A DNA stretch of 64,000 nt from Gammaproteobacteria bacterium. Lineage in GTDB: Bacteria; Pseudomonadota; Gammaproteobacteria; Eutrophobiales; Eutrophobiaceae. The stretch covers positions 4,064,001-4,128,000 of the forward strand of contig OZ220696.1 in the NCBI GenBank assembly GCA_965116495.1. The letters are read 5' to 3'. Below the pieces are notes generated by a model. The model was given only the letters and a program-made list of their open reading frames with translations. It was not told the DNA's origin and made no database searches. Of the stretch, positions 22,724 through 34,286 are shown one piece after another (the first letter of the stretch is position 1; every line of letters begins with the position of its first letter). The translations under genes were made by a program, and so were the position numbers.

Positions 22724-24037
22724 ATGAAACCAATAAAAACAGGGTTGCTTGGCCTGGGTACGGTAGGCGGGGGCGTTGTCACCGTATTGACCCGGAATGC
22801 CCATGAAATAGCCCGGCGCGCCGGCAGGGAAGTGGTCATCAGTCATGCTGCGGCAAAAGAATATGATGCCGGCGCCATTCACGGCCTGGACCAGGTGGAG
22901 CGGATTACAGACGACGGTTTTGCCGTCGTCGATGACCCGGAAGTTGAAATAATCATTGAACTGATAGGCGGTTACTCACCGGCAAAAGAACTGGTTCTGC
23001 GAGCCATTCAGAATAAAAAACACGTCGTTACCGCAAACAAGGCCATGATTGCCGTTCACGGCAATGAGATCTTCAGCGCGGCGCAAGAAATGGGCGTCAT
23101 CGTTGCATTCGAGGCCGCAGTCGCCGGGGGCATCCCCATAATCAAGGCGATCCGGGAAGGCCTGGTGGCAAACCGTATTCACTGGGCGGCAGGCATTATC
23201 AACGGTACCGGAAATTTCATTCTCACGGAGATGCGGGATAAGGGCAGGGACTTTGCCGGGGTATTGAAGGAAGCCCAGGAACTGGGCTATGCGGAAGCCG
23301 ATCCGACCTTCGATGTTGAAGGTATTGATGCCGCGCACAAGTTGACCATCATGGGCTCCATAGCTTTCGGTATCCCGCTGCAGTTTGAAAAAACCTATAC
23401 CGAGGGCATCGGCAAAATAGAACAGCAGGATGTGGCTTATGCCGATGAACTGGGCTACCGGATTAAACATCTCGGTATCACCCGGCGCGCAGATACAGGA
23501 ATTGAACTCCGGGTACACCCCACGTTGATCCCGGCAAGACGACTCATTGCCAACGTGGACGGGGTGATGAACGCAGTGCTGGTACAGGGTGATGCGGTGG
23601 GACCGACCTTGTATTACGGCGCCGGCGCCGGCTCCCTGCCGACTGCTTCATCCGTGGTGGCTGACGTGATTGACGTCGTGCGCGCCCTGACGACCGATCC
23701 GGAAAACCGTGTGCCTCACCTGGCGTTTCAACCGGGTGCGATGTCCGACCTGTCCGTCCTGGATATGGAGGATATCCGCACGGCGTATTACTTGCGTATG
23801 CAGGCCATCGATCAGCCGGGTGTTCTGTCCGCGATTACAACGATTTTAGGCAACCTCGATATCAGTATCGAGGCAATGATCCAGAAGGAGCCCGAAGCGG
23901 GCGCCGGCCATGTCCCGATCATCATGCTCACCCAGCGGGTGCTTGAACGCAATATGAACAGCGCCATCAGGCAAATCGAGGCCCTGGATTCTATAGAAGG
24001 AAACGTACATCGGATCCGGGTTGAATCCCTTGGTTAG
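22724..24037 (+). CDS. hom: Homoserine dehydrogenase with ACT domain
   Basis: [33 protein letters not shown]. Confidence 0.97.
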   Translation: MKPIKTGLLGLGTVGGGVVTVLTRNAHEIARRAGREVVISHAAAKEYDAGAIHGLDQVERITDDGFAVVDDPEVEIIIELIGGYSPAKELVLRAIQNKKHVVTANKAMIAVHGNEIFSAAQEMGVIVAFEAAVAGGIPIIKAIREGLVANRIHWAAGIINGTGNFILTEMRDKGRDFAGVLKEAQELGYAEADPTFDVEGIDAAHKLTIMGSIAFGIPLQFEKTYTEGIGKIEQQDVAYADELGYRIKHLGITRRADTGIELRVHPTLIPARRLIANVDGVMNAVLVQGDAVGPTLYYGAGAGSLPTASSVVADVIDVVRALTTDPENRVPHLAFQPGAMSDLSVLDMEDIRTAYYLRMQAIDQPGVLSAITTILGNLDISIEAMIQKEPEAGAGHVPIIMLTQRVLERNMNSAIRQIEALDSIEGNVHRIRVESLG

Positions 24038-25148
24038 ATACAATGGTCTGATTGAGCGCTACCGTAAGCGCCTGCCGGTGGCGGCTGATGCTCGCATCAT
24101 CACCCTGGGTGAAGGGAATACACCATTGATCCGGCTGGAAAATATCCCCGAAGCCAACGCCAGGGACATCGAATTGTATGTGAAGTACGAAGGTTTGAAC
24201 CCGACCGGCTCTTTCAAGGACCGGGGAATGACCATGGCCATCACCCAGGCGGTCAATGAGGGTTCACAGGCCGTCGTCTGCGCATCCACAGGCAATACCT
24301 CGGCCGCGGCCGCGGCCTATGCGGCCAGGGCCGGCATAATATCCTATGTCCTCATCCCGGACGGGAAGATTGCCATGGGAAAACTGGCCCAGGCCATGAT
24401 GCACGGCGCCATTGTCATCCAGGTAAAAGGTAATTTCGACGATGGCATGCGGCTGGTAAAGGAAGTGGCTGTTGAAGCGCCGGTTAACATCGTCAACTCG
24501 ATCAACCCGTACCGATTGCAAGGCCAGAAAACCGCCGCATTCGAGATCATGGACGAACTGGGTAACGCTCCGGATTTTCATTGCCTGCCTGTAGGCAATG
24601 CCGGCAACATCTCCGCTTACTGGGCCGGTTACAGCGAATATGCGGGATTGACTACCGCAGTCAGTAATTTTCTGGACGGGCAATGTCCGTATCATCTCGA
24701 GGCGGTTGTGGATAAACTGCCCCGGATGCTGGGCTACCAGGCCTCCGGCGCAGCGCCTTTTCTGCGGCGCGAAATCATCAAGGCGCCCGAGACCGTCGCC
24801 AGCGCCATCCGCATCGGCCAACCCCAGTCCTGGGACCTGGCCTGGGCGGCGAGCAGGCAGTCAGAAGGCTGGTTTGACGAGTTCGATGACGCGCAGATAC
24901 TGGCAACACAGGCATTGCTGTCTTCAGGAGAAGGTATATTTTGCGAACCTGCCTCGGCAATATCGGTTGCCGGCGCCCTGCGCGACATCGGCACAGGCAG
25001 GATCCCGGCAGGGAGCACGGTCGTTTGTACCCTGACCGGACACGGCCTGAAAGACCCGGATATCGCTATCCAGCAAAGTACCGCCGCGGTAACAAAGGTC
25101 CCGGTAGACCTGGACGCGGTAAAGAGAGTCATTCTTGACAACATGTAA
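24030..25148 (+). CDS. thrC: Threonine synthase
   Basis: [25 protein letters not shown]; start uncertain (TTG at 24021 or 24030). Confidence 0.95.
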   Translation: MVRYNGLIERYRKRLPVAADARIITLGEGNTPLIRLENIPEANARDIELYVKYEGLNPTGSFKDRGMTMAITQAVNEGSQAVVCASTGNTSAAAAAYAARAGIISYVLIPDGKIAMGKLAQAMMHGAIVIQVKGNFDDGMRLVKEVAVEAPVNIVNSINPYRLQGQKTAAFEIMDELGNAPDFHCLPVGNAGNISAYWAGYSEYAGLTTAVSNFLDGQCPYHLEAVVDKLPRMLGYQASGAAPFLRREIIKAPETVASAIRIGQPQSWDLAWAASRQSEGWFDEFDDAQILATQALLSSGEGIFCEPASAISVAGALRDIGTGRIPAGSTVVCTLTGHGLKDPDIAIQQSTAAVTKVPVDLDAVKRVILDNM

Positions 25149-25611
25149 ATCCCGTCCCCCGCAGGACCTGAAGGAGGCCTTGTCGTTTGATCGAATCCGG
25201 GTCGGAGACGCTTACCGGGCGGAACCCTACCGCGTAGCGTTCGATGAGATGTTCGAATTCAACCGGATGTGGGACCCGTTGCCAATCCACCTCGATGAAG
25301 CGGCCGCGCTGGCGGCCGGCCACAAGACCATAATTGCTTCCGGCCAATACACGTTATGTATCAAACAGTACTTTATGAACAAGATGCCCTGGCGCGCAGC
25401 GGTGATAGGCGCTATCGGTTTCGATGAACTTCGTTTTCTCCATCCCGTCCATGCCGGCGACATTATTTCCATAAAGGTGGCGTGTATCGATAAACGCGAG
25501 TCCAGGAGTAAATCCGACAGGGGTATCTGTAAATTCAGGGTAGAGATGTCCAACCAGGATAATGACGCCGTATTGACTTACACGGATATCGTCATGCTCA
25601 AGAGACGGTAA
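25135..25611 (+). CDS. MaoC-family dehydratase
   Basis: [29 protein letters not shown]; start uncertain. Confidence 0.8.
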   Translation: MTTCKSRPPQDLKEALSFDRIRVGDAYRAEPYRVAFDEMFEFNRMWDPLPIHLDEAAALAAGHKTIIASGQYTLCIKQYFMNKMPWRAAVIGAIGFDELRFLHPVHAGDIISIKVACIDKRESRSKSDRGICKFRVEMSNQDNDAVLTYTDIVMLKRR

Positions 25612-25632
25612 AATAGTGATAAGTCTCAATTT

Positions 25633-27363
25633 ATGAAAATCACCCGTCGCGTTGTTTCTTCCGAGTGCGGCCTGCCGGATTCCATTCACCCGGTGATGCG
25701 GCGCATCTTCGCTGCCAGAAATATCTCATCATTGCGGGAACTGAATTATTCACTGACAAATCTGCTGCCGTTCGGCAGGTTGAAAAATATCGAAGCGGCG
25801 GCCGGATTGCTCATGGACGCTATCCGCAACGGCAAGCGGATACTCGTCATAGCGGATTATGATGCAGACGGTGCGACTGCCTGTGCCGTGGCCTTGCGCG
25901 GGCTGGCTCTGCTGGGCGCCAGGCAGGTTGTCTACATGGTGCCGGACCGGGTAAAACACGGTTATGGTTTGAGTACCGATGTAGTGCACCGGGCCCTGGA
26001 GTTTGAACCTGACCTCCTGGTGACCGTGGATAACGGTATTTCCAGTCTGGCCGGTGTCGACTCTGCCCGTAGCGCGGGCGTCGACGTGTTGATTACGGAT
26101 CATCACCTGCCGGGCAAGCAACTGCCTGCTGCAAACGTCATCGTCAACCCGAATCAGCCGGGGGATAAGTTCCCAAGCAAGTGTATCGCGGGTGTCGGCG
26201 TCATGTTTTACGTACTGTTGGCAGTCAGGGCCGGGTTGAGGGATGCGAACTGGTTTGAAGGGCAGGGACTGCGCACACCTAACTTCGCGCCACTACTCGA
26301 CCTGGTAGCGTTGGGCACCATTGCCGACGTAGTGGAATTGGATTTCAATAACCGTATCCTGGTCGGGCAGGGTCTGAAGTGGATCAGGGCGCGGCGCTGT
26401 TCCCAGGGTATCATGGCCTTGATCCGTGTCGCAGGCAGTGTGCCCGAGAAGATTACTTCCGCAGATCTCGGATTCCTGCTGGGTCCGAGGCTGAATGCGG
26501 CAGGCCGCATGGCTGACATGAGCCTGGGTATCGAATGCCTGCTCACGGACAATTTTTCCCATGCAGTTTCCCTGGCGCTGCAACTGGATAAATTCAATCG
26601 CGAGAGAAAACTGGTCCAGGCCGACATGCAGGAAGAAGCCGAGACTTACCTGCGCGACATCGCTGAACTGCAGCAGGGTGAGTTACCCTTCGGAGTGTGC
26701 CTGTATGACTCCGGCTGGCATCAGGGCATTGTCGGAATCCTGGCCGGCAGGATAAAAGAGATGGTAAACCGCCCGGTGATCGTATTTGCATCTGCCGGTG
26801 AAGGTTTACTGAAGGGGTCCGGACGGTCAATCTCCGGGATACACCTGAAAGACGTCTTGGAGGCGCTGGCGACGCAATCCCCCAGCCTGATACAGCGCTA
26901 TGGAGGCCATGCCATGGCTGCAGGTTTGACAATCAGGGAAGACGATTATGCCGGGTTCAGGGAATTGTTTGATGCGCAGGTCCGAAGTTTGACGGCAGGA
27001 CGGTTGCCGGGAGCGGAGATCGCTACGGACGGTAGGCTGGAACCCGCCGATATCAGCCTGGAGTTTGCCGGAGAAATTGAAAACGCAGGCCCCTGGGGAC
27101 AGGGTTTCCCCGAACCCCTGTTCGATGATGTCTTCACCGTCGCCGATGCCAGGACGGTGGGAGACCGGCACCTGAAAATGAAGCTGCTCCCCGATGGCGC
27201 GGAACGGCCCGTCGAAGCCATATCGTTCAATACGGACCGGGATGCTATCGGGGAGTCTGCGCAGTCGCACCGCTTTGTCTACCGCCTGGCAATCAATGAC
27301 TACAAAGGGGTCCGGACCCCGCAACTCATCGTAGAACATATAGAACAACAGGGGTCAGAGTAA
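25633..27363 (+). CDS. recJ: ssDNA exonuclease RecJ
   Basis: DYDADG, TVDNG, TDHH, GGHAMAAG. Confidence 0.97.
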   Translation: MKITRRVVSSECGLPDSIHPVMRRIFAARNISSLRELNYSLTNLLPFGRLKNIEAAAGLLMDAIRNGKRILVIADYDADGATACAVALRGLALLGARQVVYMVPDRVKHGYGLSTDVVHRALEFEPDLLVTVDNGISSLAGVDSARSAGVDVLITDHHLPGKQLPAANVIVNPNQPGDKFPSKCIAGVGVMFYVLLAVRAGLRDANWFEGQGLRTPNFAPLLDLVALGTIADVVELDFNNRILVGQGLKWIRARRCSQGIMALIRVAGSVPEKITSADLGFLLGPRLNAAGRMADMSLGIECLLTDNFSHAVSLALQLDKFNRERKLVQADMQEEAETYLRDIAELQQGELPFGVCLYDSGWHQGIVGILAGRIKEMVNRPVIVFASAGEGLLKGSGRSISGIHLKDVLEALATQSPSLIQRYGGHAMAAGLTIREDDYAGFRELFDAQVRSLTAGRLPGAEIATDGRLEPADISLEFAGEIENAGPWGQGFPEPLFDDVFTVADARTVGDRHLKMKLLPDGAERPVEAISFNTDRDAIGESAQSHRFVYRLAINDYKGVRTPQLIVEHIEQQGSE

Positions 27364-27392
27364 AAATTCTCCAGAATTTTTACTCTGACCCC
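27351..27392. repeat. Family B palindrome containing the recJ stop codon
   Basis: GGGGTCAGAGTAAAAATTCT-CC-AGAATTTTTACTCTGACCCC. Confidence 0.88.
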
Positions 27393-27414
27393 AAATATCG
27401 TAAACTATGCCTGT

Positions 27415-28513
27415 ATGCTGGAACTGACTTCAATTATTACCCGTATTAAAGACTGCCAGGGGAGAATCGAATCCCTGAGGAGGTATCTTTGACTTTGATG
27501 TCAAGGTCGAACGCTTGCGGGAAGTCAGGCGGGAGTTGGAAAATTCCGATATATGGAACGAACCGGGACGCGCTCAGGCATTGGGTAAAGAGCGGGCGCT
27601 GCTTGAAAAGACGATCAAGACAATAGAATCGATCATCCAGGGAATGGACGATGTTGAGTTGTTGCTCGATATGGCCAGGCAGGAAAACGACGCCGACGCC
27701 GTGGCTGAGGTCGTTGCGGACCTTGACAAGCATTCCGCACAGATAGATGAGCTGGAATTCCGGCGTATGTTTTCCGGCGAGATGGACCCGAACAATGCAT
27801 TTCTCGAAATCCAGTCCGGTTCGGGCGGTACCGAAGCCCAGGATTGGGCTGAAATGCTGCTGCGCATGTATTTACGCTGGGGGGAACAGCGTAACTTCAA
27901 AACGGAATTGATCGAGGTGTCACCGGGGGAAGTGGCCGGGGTGAAAAGTGCGACAGTCAGGTACGTGGGTGATTATGCCTACGGCTGGTTGCGCACGGAA
28001 ACGGGAGTACACAGACTGGTAAGGAAATCCCCGTTTGATTCCGGCAATCGGCGCCATACGTCCTTTGCCTCGGTATTTGTTGTACCGGAGATTGATGACA
28101 ATATAGAAGTGGATATCGATACTGCAGACCTGCGCGTAGATACCTACAGGGCCAGCGGAGCCGGGGGTCAGCACGTAAACAAGACGGATTCCGCAGTGCG
28201 AATGACCCACATACCCACGGGCATAGTCGTACAGTGCCAGAGTGATCGTTCCCAGCATAAGAACCGGGACCAGGCAATGAAACAGCTGCGCGCCAAGCTG
28301 TACGAACTGGAACTGCAGAAGCGCATGTCCGAACAAAAAGCCATGGAAGAATCCAAGGCCGATATAGGCTGGGGCAACCAGATCCGCTCCTACGTGCTGG
28401 ACCAGTCCAGGATCAAGGACTTACGCACCGGCATGGAGACCGGCAATACCCAGGCTGTCCTGAACGGCGACCTGGACAGGTTCATAGAAGCCAGTCTCAA
28501 GGCCGGGGTATAA
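27415..28513 (+). CDS. prfB: Peptide chain release factor 2 with programmed +1 frameshift
   Basis: MLELTSI..LRRYL, then AGGAGG-TAT-CTT-TGAC at 27478-27493; the +1 frame carries SPF and GGQ. Confidence 0.97.
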
Positions 28514-28523
28514 TATTCAAAGG

Positions 28524-28579
28524 CAACAGGGGACAGACCCCTGCTTACTATATGCAGGGGCATGCTTAAATCTGTCCCC
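28524..28579. repeat. 56-bp MITE-like element, inverted copy of 19944-19999
   Basis: CAACAGGGGACAGACCCCTGCTTACTATATGCAGGGGCATGCTTAAATCTGTCCCC, 2 mismatches to the other copy. Confidence 0.88.
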
Positions 28580-28595
28580 ATTAGCTGATCAGGTT

Positions 28596-30086
28596 ATGAA
28601 CAAAGACGACGGCAACGAGATTATCAGGCAGAGGCGTGCGCAGTTGCAGGAACTGCGTGAATCCGGCAACGCCTACCCGAATGATTTCAGGCGGACTATC
28701 CTGGCAGCCGATTTGCATGCCCGTTACGGCAACAAGGACCGGGAACAGCTTGAGGGAGAAATTGAAACGTTCAGTCTTGCCGGCAGGATGATGAGCCGCC
28801 GGGTCATGGGTAAGGTCGCGTTTGCACACATCCGGGACATGTCCGGGCAGATCCAGCTTTTTATCAGGCGTGACAACCTGCCGGATGGCGCCTATGCCGG
28901 GTTCAGGAAGTGGGATATCGGTGACATCATTGCCGTGACAGGGAGTGTCTTCAAGACAAAAACCGGGGAACTGTCGATACAGGTTGACAGTATCCGGCTG
29001 CTGGTCAAGTCATTGCGGCCCCTGCCCGAGAAATTCCATGGTCTGTCAGACCAGGAAACCCGTTACCGGCAGCGTTACCTGGACCTGATCACCAATGAGA
29101 CAACCCGGCAGACGTTCCAGGTACGCACCCGCGTGATCAATCATATTCGCGCATTCCTCAGTGGTTCCGGTTTCCTTGAAGTGGAAACGCCGATGATGCA
29201 GGCAATTCCCGGCGGCGCCGCGGCAAGACCGTTCATTACCCACCATAACTCACTGGATATGGACCTGTACCTGCGCATAGCGCCTGAGCTGTACCTGAAA
29301 AGACTCGTTATCGGCGGTTTTGAGAAGGTGTTCGAGATCAACAGAAATTTTCGCAACGAAGGACTGTCCCTGCAGCACAATCCCGAATTCACCATGCTCG
29401 AGTTTTACTGGGCTTATGCAGGCTATGAAGACATGATGGCGTTGACAGAGGCCATGTTGCGTTCCCTGGCAACGGAAGTGAAAGGGGAAACCGTAGTTGA
29501 ATACCAGGGAGAAACATACGATTTCGCCCGGGAATTCCGTCGTATGACGGTACAGGAGGCCATCCTTTCCCATAACCCGGAATTATCGGCGGGTGATCTC
29601 AAAGACCTGGATAAGTTGCGTAATATCGCCGCGGGCATGGGCGTGGAGGTAAAGGAAACCCATGGCGCCGGCAAGCTGCAGGTAGAAGTATTCGAGAAAA
29701 CCGTGGAGAGGAAGCTGCATCAACCCACGTTTATCACCAGCTACCCCATCGAAATGTCACCCTTGTCCAGGCGCAATGACGCGCAGCCCGACCTTGCGGA
29801 GCGATTTGAACTGTTTATCGGCGGGCGCGAGATTGCAAACGGTTTTTCCGAATTGAACGATCCCGATGACCAGGCCGAGCGGTTTCGTAAACAAGCCGAG
29901 GAAAAAGCGTCCGGTGATGAGGAAGCCATGCACTATGATGCAGATTACATCACGGCCCTGGAATACGGTATGCCGCCCACTGCCGGCGAGGGTATCGGTA
30001 TCGACCGGCTGGTCATGCTGCTTACGGATTCGGCATCCATCCGTGACGTGATATTATTTCCCCAGTTGCGGACGAAAGAACCCTAG
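28596..30086 (+). CDS. lysS: Lysyl-tRNA synthetase, class II
   Basis: YRQRYLDL, YLRIAPELYLKRL, FRNEG, GIGIDRL. Confidence 0.98.
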   Translation: MNKDDGNEIIRQRRAQLQELRESGNAYPNDFRRTILAADLHARYGNKDREQLEGEIETFSLAGRMMSRRVMGKVAFAHIRDMSGQIQLFIRRDNLPDGAYAGFRKWDIGDIIAVTGSVFKTKTGELSIQVDSIRLLVKSLRPLPEKFHGLSDQETRYRQRYLDLITNETTRQTFQVRTRVINHIRAFLSGSGFLEVETPMMQAIPGGAAARPFITHHNSLDMDLYLRIAPELYLKRLVIGGFEKVFEINRNFRNEGLSLQHNPEFTMLEFYWAYAGYEDMMALTEAMLRSLATEVKGETVVEYQGETYDFAREFRRMTVQEAILSHNPELSAGDLKDLDKLRNIAAGMGVEVKETHGAGKLQVEVFEKTVERKLHQPTFITSYPIEMSPLSRRNDAQPDLAERFELFIGGREIANGFSELNDPDDQAERFRKQAEEKASGDEEAMHYDADYITALEYGMPPTAGEGIGIDRLVMLLTDSASIRDVILFPQLRTKEP

Positions 30087-30112
30087 AAATGTGGGTTTTT
30101 CCTGTCCCGGGA

Positions 30113-30140
30113 TGAAACTTTGCCATGTTGACAGAGTCTA
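30113..30140 (+). promoter_or_regulatory. Putative ECF sigma promoter for the RiPP operon
   Basis: TGAAAC-17 bp-GTCTA, about 120 bp upstream of the precursor ATG. Confidence 0.4.
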
Positions 30141-30259
30141 CATTGCCTACGTAGTGCTATACTACATACGAGAGTTTACAAAGTATCATGAAGTGTGCAG
30201 TGGAGAATATCCTGCTGCCTCCGCGTGATTTTATCAAACCAAGTCAGGAGGAATTATTA

Positions 30260-30643
30260 ATGTCGAAAAAGACTACTTTAAAACCTATAGCGGCTGCATT
30301 GGGAACCACTTTTGCAGTTTCACTTTCACTCAGCCCTGTTGCCAGTGCTAATGACAATCCTTTCAGCATGACTGAGTTGTCCCAGGGTGGTTACATGGTC
30401 GCAGATGCTCAAGGGGATGGCGAAGGCAAATGCGGCGAAGGCAAATGCGGCGAAGGCAAGTGCGGTGAAGACAAGGAGGGCGAAGGCAGTTGTGGTGAGG
30501 ACAAGGAAGGCGAGGGCAAATGCGGCGAAGGCAAGTGTGGCGAAGGCAAGTGTGGCGAGGACAAGGAAGGCGAGGGCAAATGCGGCGAAGGCAAGTGTGG
30601 TGAAGACAAGGAAGGCGGGGAGGCCGAGGAAGCCGAGGGCTAA
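30260..30643 (+). CDS. HvfA/bufferin-like RiPP precursor with signal peptide and EGKCG repeats
   Basis: RBS AGGAGG; signal peptide ..PVASA-NDNPF; 8x EGKCG plus 1x EGSCG. Confidence 0.9.
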   Translation: MSKKTTLKPIAAALGTTFAVSLSLSPVASANDNPFSMTELSQGGYMVADAQGDGEGKCGEGKCGEGKCGEDKEGEGSCGEDKEGEGKCGEGKCGEGKCGEDKEGEGKCGEGKCGEDKEGGEAEEAEG

Positions 30644-30768
30644 TGCGGCCTGGGTAAATACGGTGACAGCCAATAGGGTTAATCCGTATCAGCTATCAGG
30701 TTTGTTCCGGAGTGCGAAGCACCTGGCTCAAAGTAATGTAGCCGTGGGCTGATTCCGGGCGGCCTGTC

Positions 30769-31638
30769 ATGTCTGAAACTTATCCGGTACAGGGAGCCGG
30801 TCTGGGTCTGCGGCGAGCCTTCATCGGCTCGCTCGCAGATTCAAAAACGCTATTGTCTGGGATTGATTTCATGGAAGTGGCGCCGGAGAACTGGATCGAC
30901 GTGGGTGGGCGCTTCGGACGCCGCTTCCGCGAGATTGCGGAGAGAGTGCCCATTGTCTGTCATGGACTGTCATTGAACCTCGGAGGTCCTGCGCCCCTGG
31001 ATGAGGCGTTCCTCCATAAGGTGAAACAATTCCTTGATACGTTCAATGTTCGTTGTTACAGCGAACACCTGAGCTATTGTGGGGATGATGGTCACTTGTA
31101 CGACCTGATGCCGATTCCGTTTACCGATGAAGCAGTCCGCTACACAGCCGCCAGGATCAAGCGTACCCAAGAGATTATCGGGCGGCGCCTGGCCATTGAA
31201 AACGTGTCCTACTATGCCGCTCCCGGGCAGGAAATGACGGAAACGGAGTTTATTAATAATGTGCTGGCCGAAGCCGATTGTGACCTGTTGCTGGATATCA
31301 ATAATATTTACGTCAACAGCATCAACCATCGTTACGAGGCCGAAACCTGGTTAAAATCGTTACCTGCGCAACGTATAGCGTATGCCCACATTGCCGGTCA
31401 TTATATTGAGGCAGAGGATTTACGGGTGGATACCCATGGCGCAAACGTCATCGACCCCGTCTGGAAACTGCTTGAGACGGCTTACCGGCATTTTGGTGTT
31501 TTCCCCACGCTGCTGGAACGTGATTTCAATATCCCCCCAATGCCCGAGTTGCTTGGTGAGGTGAGCAGGATTAACCAGATCCAGTCCGGAATGAAAGTCT
31601 ATCCTGATGCCCCCGTCTTCCGCCAGGAACTCCCTTAG
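30769..31638 (+). CDS. DUF692 multinuclear non-heme iron oxidative enzyme (MNIO, HvfB-like)
   Basis: [52 protein letters not shown]. Confidence 0.93.
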   Translation: MSETYPVQGAGLGLRRAFIGSLADSKTLLSGIDFMEVAPENWIDVGGRFGRRFREIAERVPIVCHGLSLNLGGPAPLDEAFLHKVKQFLDTFNVRCYSEHLSYCGDDGHLYDLMPIPFTDEAVRYTAARIKRTQEIIGRRLAIENVSYYAAPGQEMTETEFINNVLAEADCDLLLDINNIYVNSINHRYEAETWLKSLPAQRIAYAHIAGHYIEAEDLRVDTHGANVIDPVWKLLETAYRHFGVFPTLLERDFNIPPMPELLGEVSRINQIQSGMKVYPDAPVFRQELP

Positions 31639-32398
31639 CCCGCTTAGGGATATCCAGTACCAGTTTACCCGGCATATTCGTGACCCGGAGAATGCGCCGG
31701 CGCCCGCAGATATTGAGGAGCGTCGGATGGCGATCTACCGTGGCTTGCTGTATCGCAACGTAGAGAGTTTCCTGGCGAACAGTTTCCCGGTACTGAGGAA
31801 GGTCCTCAGGGATGATGAATGGCATTCGTTAATGCGGGAATATTTTAAAAACCACCGGTCACGCACGCCTCTGTTCCCCAGGATGCCCCAGGAGTTTCTG
31901 CAATACCTCCAGGAAAATAAAGATACTGCTGAGGGCTTGTACCCGTTCCTGCTCGAACTGGCTCACTACGAGTGGGTGGAACTGGCGTTGTCTGTCGACA
32001 CCCGCGAGATCAGGCAGGATGGGATCGATGCGGACGGCGACCTTTTGTCGGGGATTCCGGTGTTGAACGAACTGTCCTGGTCCCTGGCGTACGGATACCC
32101 GGTGCATCGTATCGGTCCCGATAACCTGCCTGCGGAGAAACCTGCGCAACCCACCTGCCTGCTCGTTTACCGGGACAGCCGGGACAGCGTGCGGTTCATC
32201 GAGTTGAACCCCTTGGCAGCGCGCCTGGTTGATTGCCTCAGACAGAATGATGACAAAAAAACAGGCAGGGATATTCTCACGGATATTGCCGGTGAGATAG
32301 CACATCCCGATCCTGAAATCGTTGTCAATGGCGGGTGCGCTATCCTGGAAGACATGCATGGCAAGCAAATAGTGCTTGGAACGGAAAAGGTGGTTTAA
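31607..32398 (+). CDS. DUF2063 MNIO partner protein (HvfC-like)
   Basis: [36 protein letters not shown]. Confidence 0.9.
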   Translation: MPPSSARNSLSPLRDIQYQFTRHIRDPENAPAPADIEERRMAIYRGLLYRNVESFLANSFPVLRKVLRDDEWHSLMREYFKNHRSRTPLFPRMPQEFLQYLQENKDTAEGLYPFLLELAHYEWVELALSVDTREIRQDGIDADGDLLSGIPVLNELSWSLAYGYPVHRIGPDNLPAEKPAQPTCLLVYRDSRDSVRFIELNPLAARLVDCLRQNDDKKTGRDILTDIAGEIAHPDPEIVVNGGCAILEDMHGKQIVLGTEKVV

Positions 32399-32497
32399 TA
32401 ATCAAGCTACTATCGCCATTCCTGCGCAAGTAGAGTAGTGGCACATGGATATGCCGTCAACGGAGCGTAGGATGCAAATCCACTGGATAAATCTTCC

Positions 32498-33706
32498 TTA
32501 TAAATTACGCATGCGCAACCGCAGTGCGTTCAATTTTATGAACCCCTCTGCATCTTTTTGATCATAGTTGCCGGCATCACTTTCGAAAGTAGCGATATCC
32601 TCGTTGAACAGGCTGTTCGTGTCCGACTCGCGGCCGCAGACGATGACATTACCTTTATACAGTTTCAGACGGACCCGGCCGTTTACCGGTACCTGGGTCT
32701 CGTCGATTAGCTTCTGCAGGGCCAGGCGTTCGGGACTCCACCAGTAGCCGTTGTATATCATCCTGGCATAGCGCGGCATCAGGTCATCCTTGATATGCGC
32801 CAGTTCGCGATCCAGGGTGATGGATTCGATCGCGCGGTGGGCTTTGAGTAATATCGTTCCACCCGGGGTTTCATAGCAGCCGCGGGATTTCATCCCTACG
32901 TAGCGGTTTTCGACTATATCGGTTCGACCGATGCCGTGCTTCCCTCCGGTTTCGTTCAGCGTCCCCAGTAACTGTGCCGGCGACATGGCCACACCGTTCA
33001 GGGAGCAGGCGTCGCCGCGGCTGAAATCCAGTTCGATGATTTCCGCCTTGTCAGGGGCGTTTTCGGGTGCTGCGCTCCAGCGCCAGACGGACTCGTCCGG
33101 TTCCCGCCACGGGTCTTCCAGTTCGCCGCCCTCATAGGAAATATGTAATAAATTGGCGTCCATGGAATAAGGGGATGAACCCGCGCGTTTGGCCTCAATG
33201 GGGATGCCGTGCCGCTCAGCGTAAGCCAGCAGTTTTTGCCTGGAATCAAGCTCCCATTCGCGCCAGGGTGCGATGATCCTGATGTCGGGTTTAAGGGCAT
33301 AAGCCCCCAACTCAAGCCGGACCTGGTCATTCCCTTTTCCCGTGGCGCCGTGAGCTATGGCGTCAGCGCCCGTTTCTTCGGTGATCTCTACCAGACGTTT
33401 GGCGACCAGGGGACGGGCTATGGATGTACCCAGGAGGTATTCGCCTTCATACAGGGTGTTTGCCCGAAACATCGGGAAGACGTAATCCCGGACGAACTGT
33501 TCCACCAGGTCTTCGATGAATATTTCCTTAACGCCAAGGCTTACAGCCTTGGCCCGGGCCTGGGAGACTTCCTCACCCTGACCAATATCCGCGGTGAAGG
33601 TTACCACTTCGCAATGATAGGTATCCTGCAGCCATTTTAATATAACGGAAGTATCAAGACCCCCGGAATAGGCAAGGACAACTTTATTGACTTGTTTACT
33701 GGCCAT
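32498..33706 (-). CDS. argG: Argininosuccinate synthase
   Basis: [30 protein letters not shown]. Confidence 0.98.
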   Translation of the reverse strand: MASKQVNKVVLAYSGGLDTSVILKWLQDTYHCEVVTFTADIGQGEEVSQARAKAVSLGVKEIFIEDLVEQFVRDYVFPMFRANTLYEGEYLLGTSIARPLVAKRLVEITEETGADAIAHGATGKGNDQVRLELGAYALKPDIRIIAPWREWELDSRQKLLAYAERHGIPIEAKRAGSSPYSMDANLLHISYEGGELEDPWREPDESVWRWSAAPENAPDKAEIIELDFSRGDACSLNGVAMSPAQLLGTLNETGGKHGIGRTDIVENRYVGMKSRGCYETPGGTILLKAHRAIESITLDRELAHIKDDLMPRYARMIYNGYWWSPERLALQKLIDETQVPVNGRVRLKLYKGNVIVCGRESDTNSLFNEDIATFESDAGNYDQKDAEGFIKLNALRLRMRNL

Positions 33707-33780
33707 ACGCGTATGAATAATCCCCTGGAAATGGATTGTTTCGAGGGGGGGATTATATAACGGGTCAACCCGTAACGCTT

Positions 33781-34230
33781 TTATTTTTCGGTGTTCAGGT
33801 ATTCCCCCGGCCAGATGTCCAGGTAGAGCAGGTCCAGGTCCACCCCTCGCATGACCGCATAGTGTTTATAATCATGACGGTTCACCCAGGCATAGTCGGT
33901 GTGTTCATGGTTGAGCCTGATATCACCGCCAAGCCAGCGCAGGTGAAACAGGTAAAATTCGTAAACTCTGCCGGAAATCCGGTCCCTGACCGGTTCAAGG
34001 CGTCTGATGAGTTCCACTGAAATATTCTCGCCGATCTCTTCGGATAATTCCCGTGAGGCACATTGTTCCGGTGACTCGCCGTCCTCAACATGGCCGGCGG
34101 GGAACCCCCACAGGCCGGGTCCATATCTGCTGGCCGTGCTCCTTTTCAGTAACAGGACTTCACTGTTTTCGTTTTCCACGACGTTGACGGAAAACCGGCC
34201 TGCAAGCGGAGGAGTTGATCTCTGTTTCAT
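33781..34230 (-). CDS. NUDIX hydrolase
   Basis: Nudix box [22 protein letters not shown]. Confidence 0.85.
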   Translation of the reverse strand: MKQRSTPPLAGRFSVNVVENENSEVLLLKRSTASRYGPGLWGFPAGHVEDGESPEQCASRELSEEIGENISVELIRRLEPVRDRISGRVYEFYLFHLRWLGGDIRLNHEHTDYAWVNRHDYKHYAVMRGVDLDLLYLDIWPGEYLNTEK

Positions 34231-34248
34231 CGGATATAGCCTGCAACA

Positions 34249-34273
34249 GGGGACGGAATTCAATTCCGTCCCC
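34249..34273. repeat. Family A palindrome
   Basis: GGGGACGGAATTCAATTCCGTCCCC. Confidence 0.85.
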
Positions 34274-34286
34274 ATACTACAAAAAG

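Noticed and set aside
27478-27493. Apparent broken prfB
   Set aside because: This is the canonical programmed +1 frameshift, so it is neither a pseudogene nor novel.
30326-30752. Alternative-frame repeat ORFs (AFAAF, AKANAAK, SPHLP)
   Set aside because: They are shadows of the EGKCG repeat gene, which has the RBS, signal peptide and operon context.
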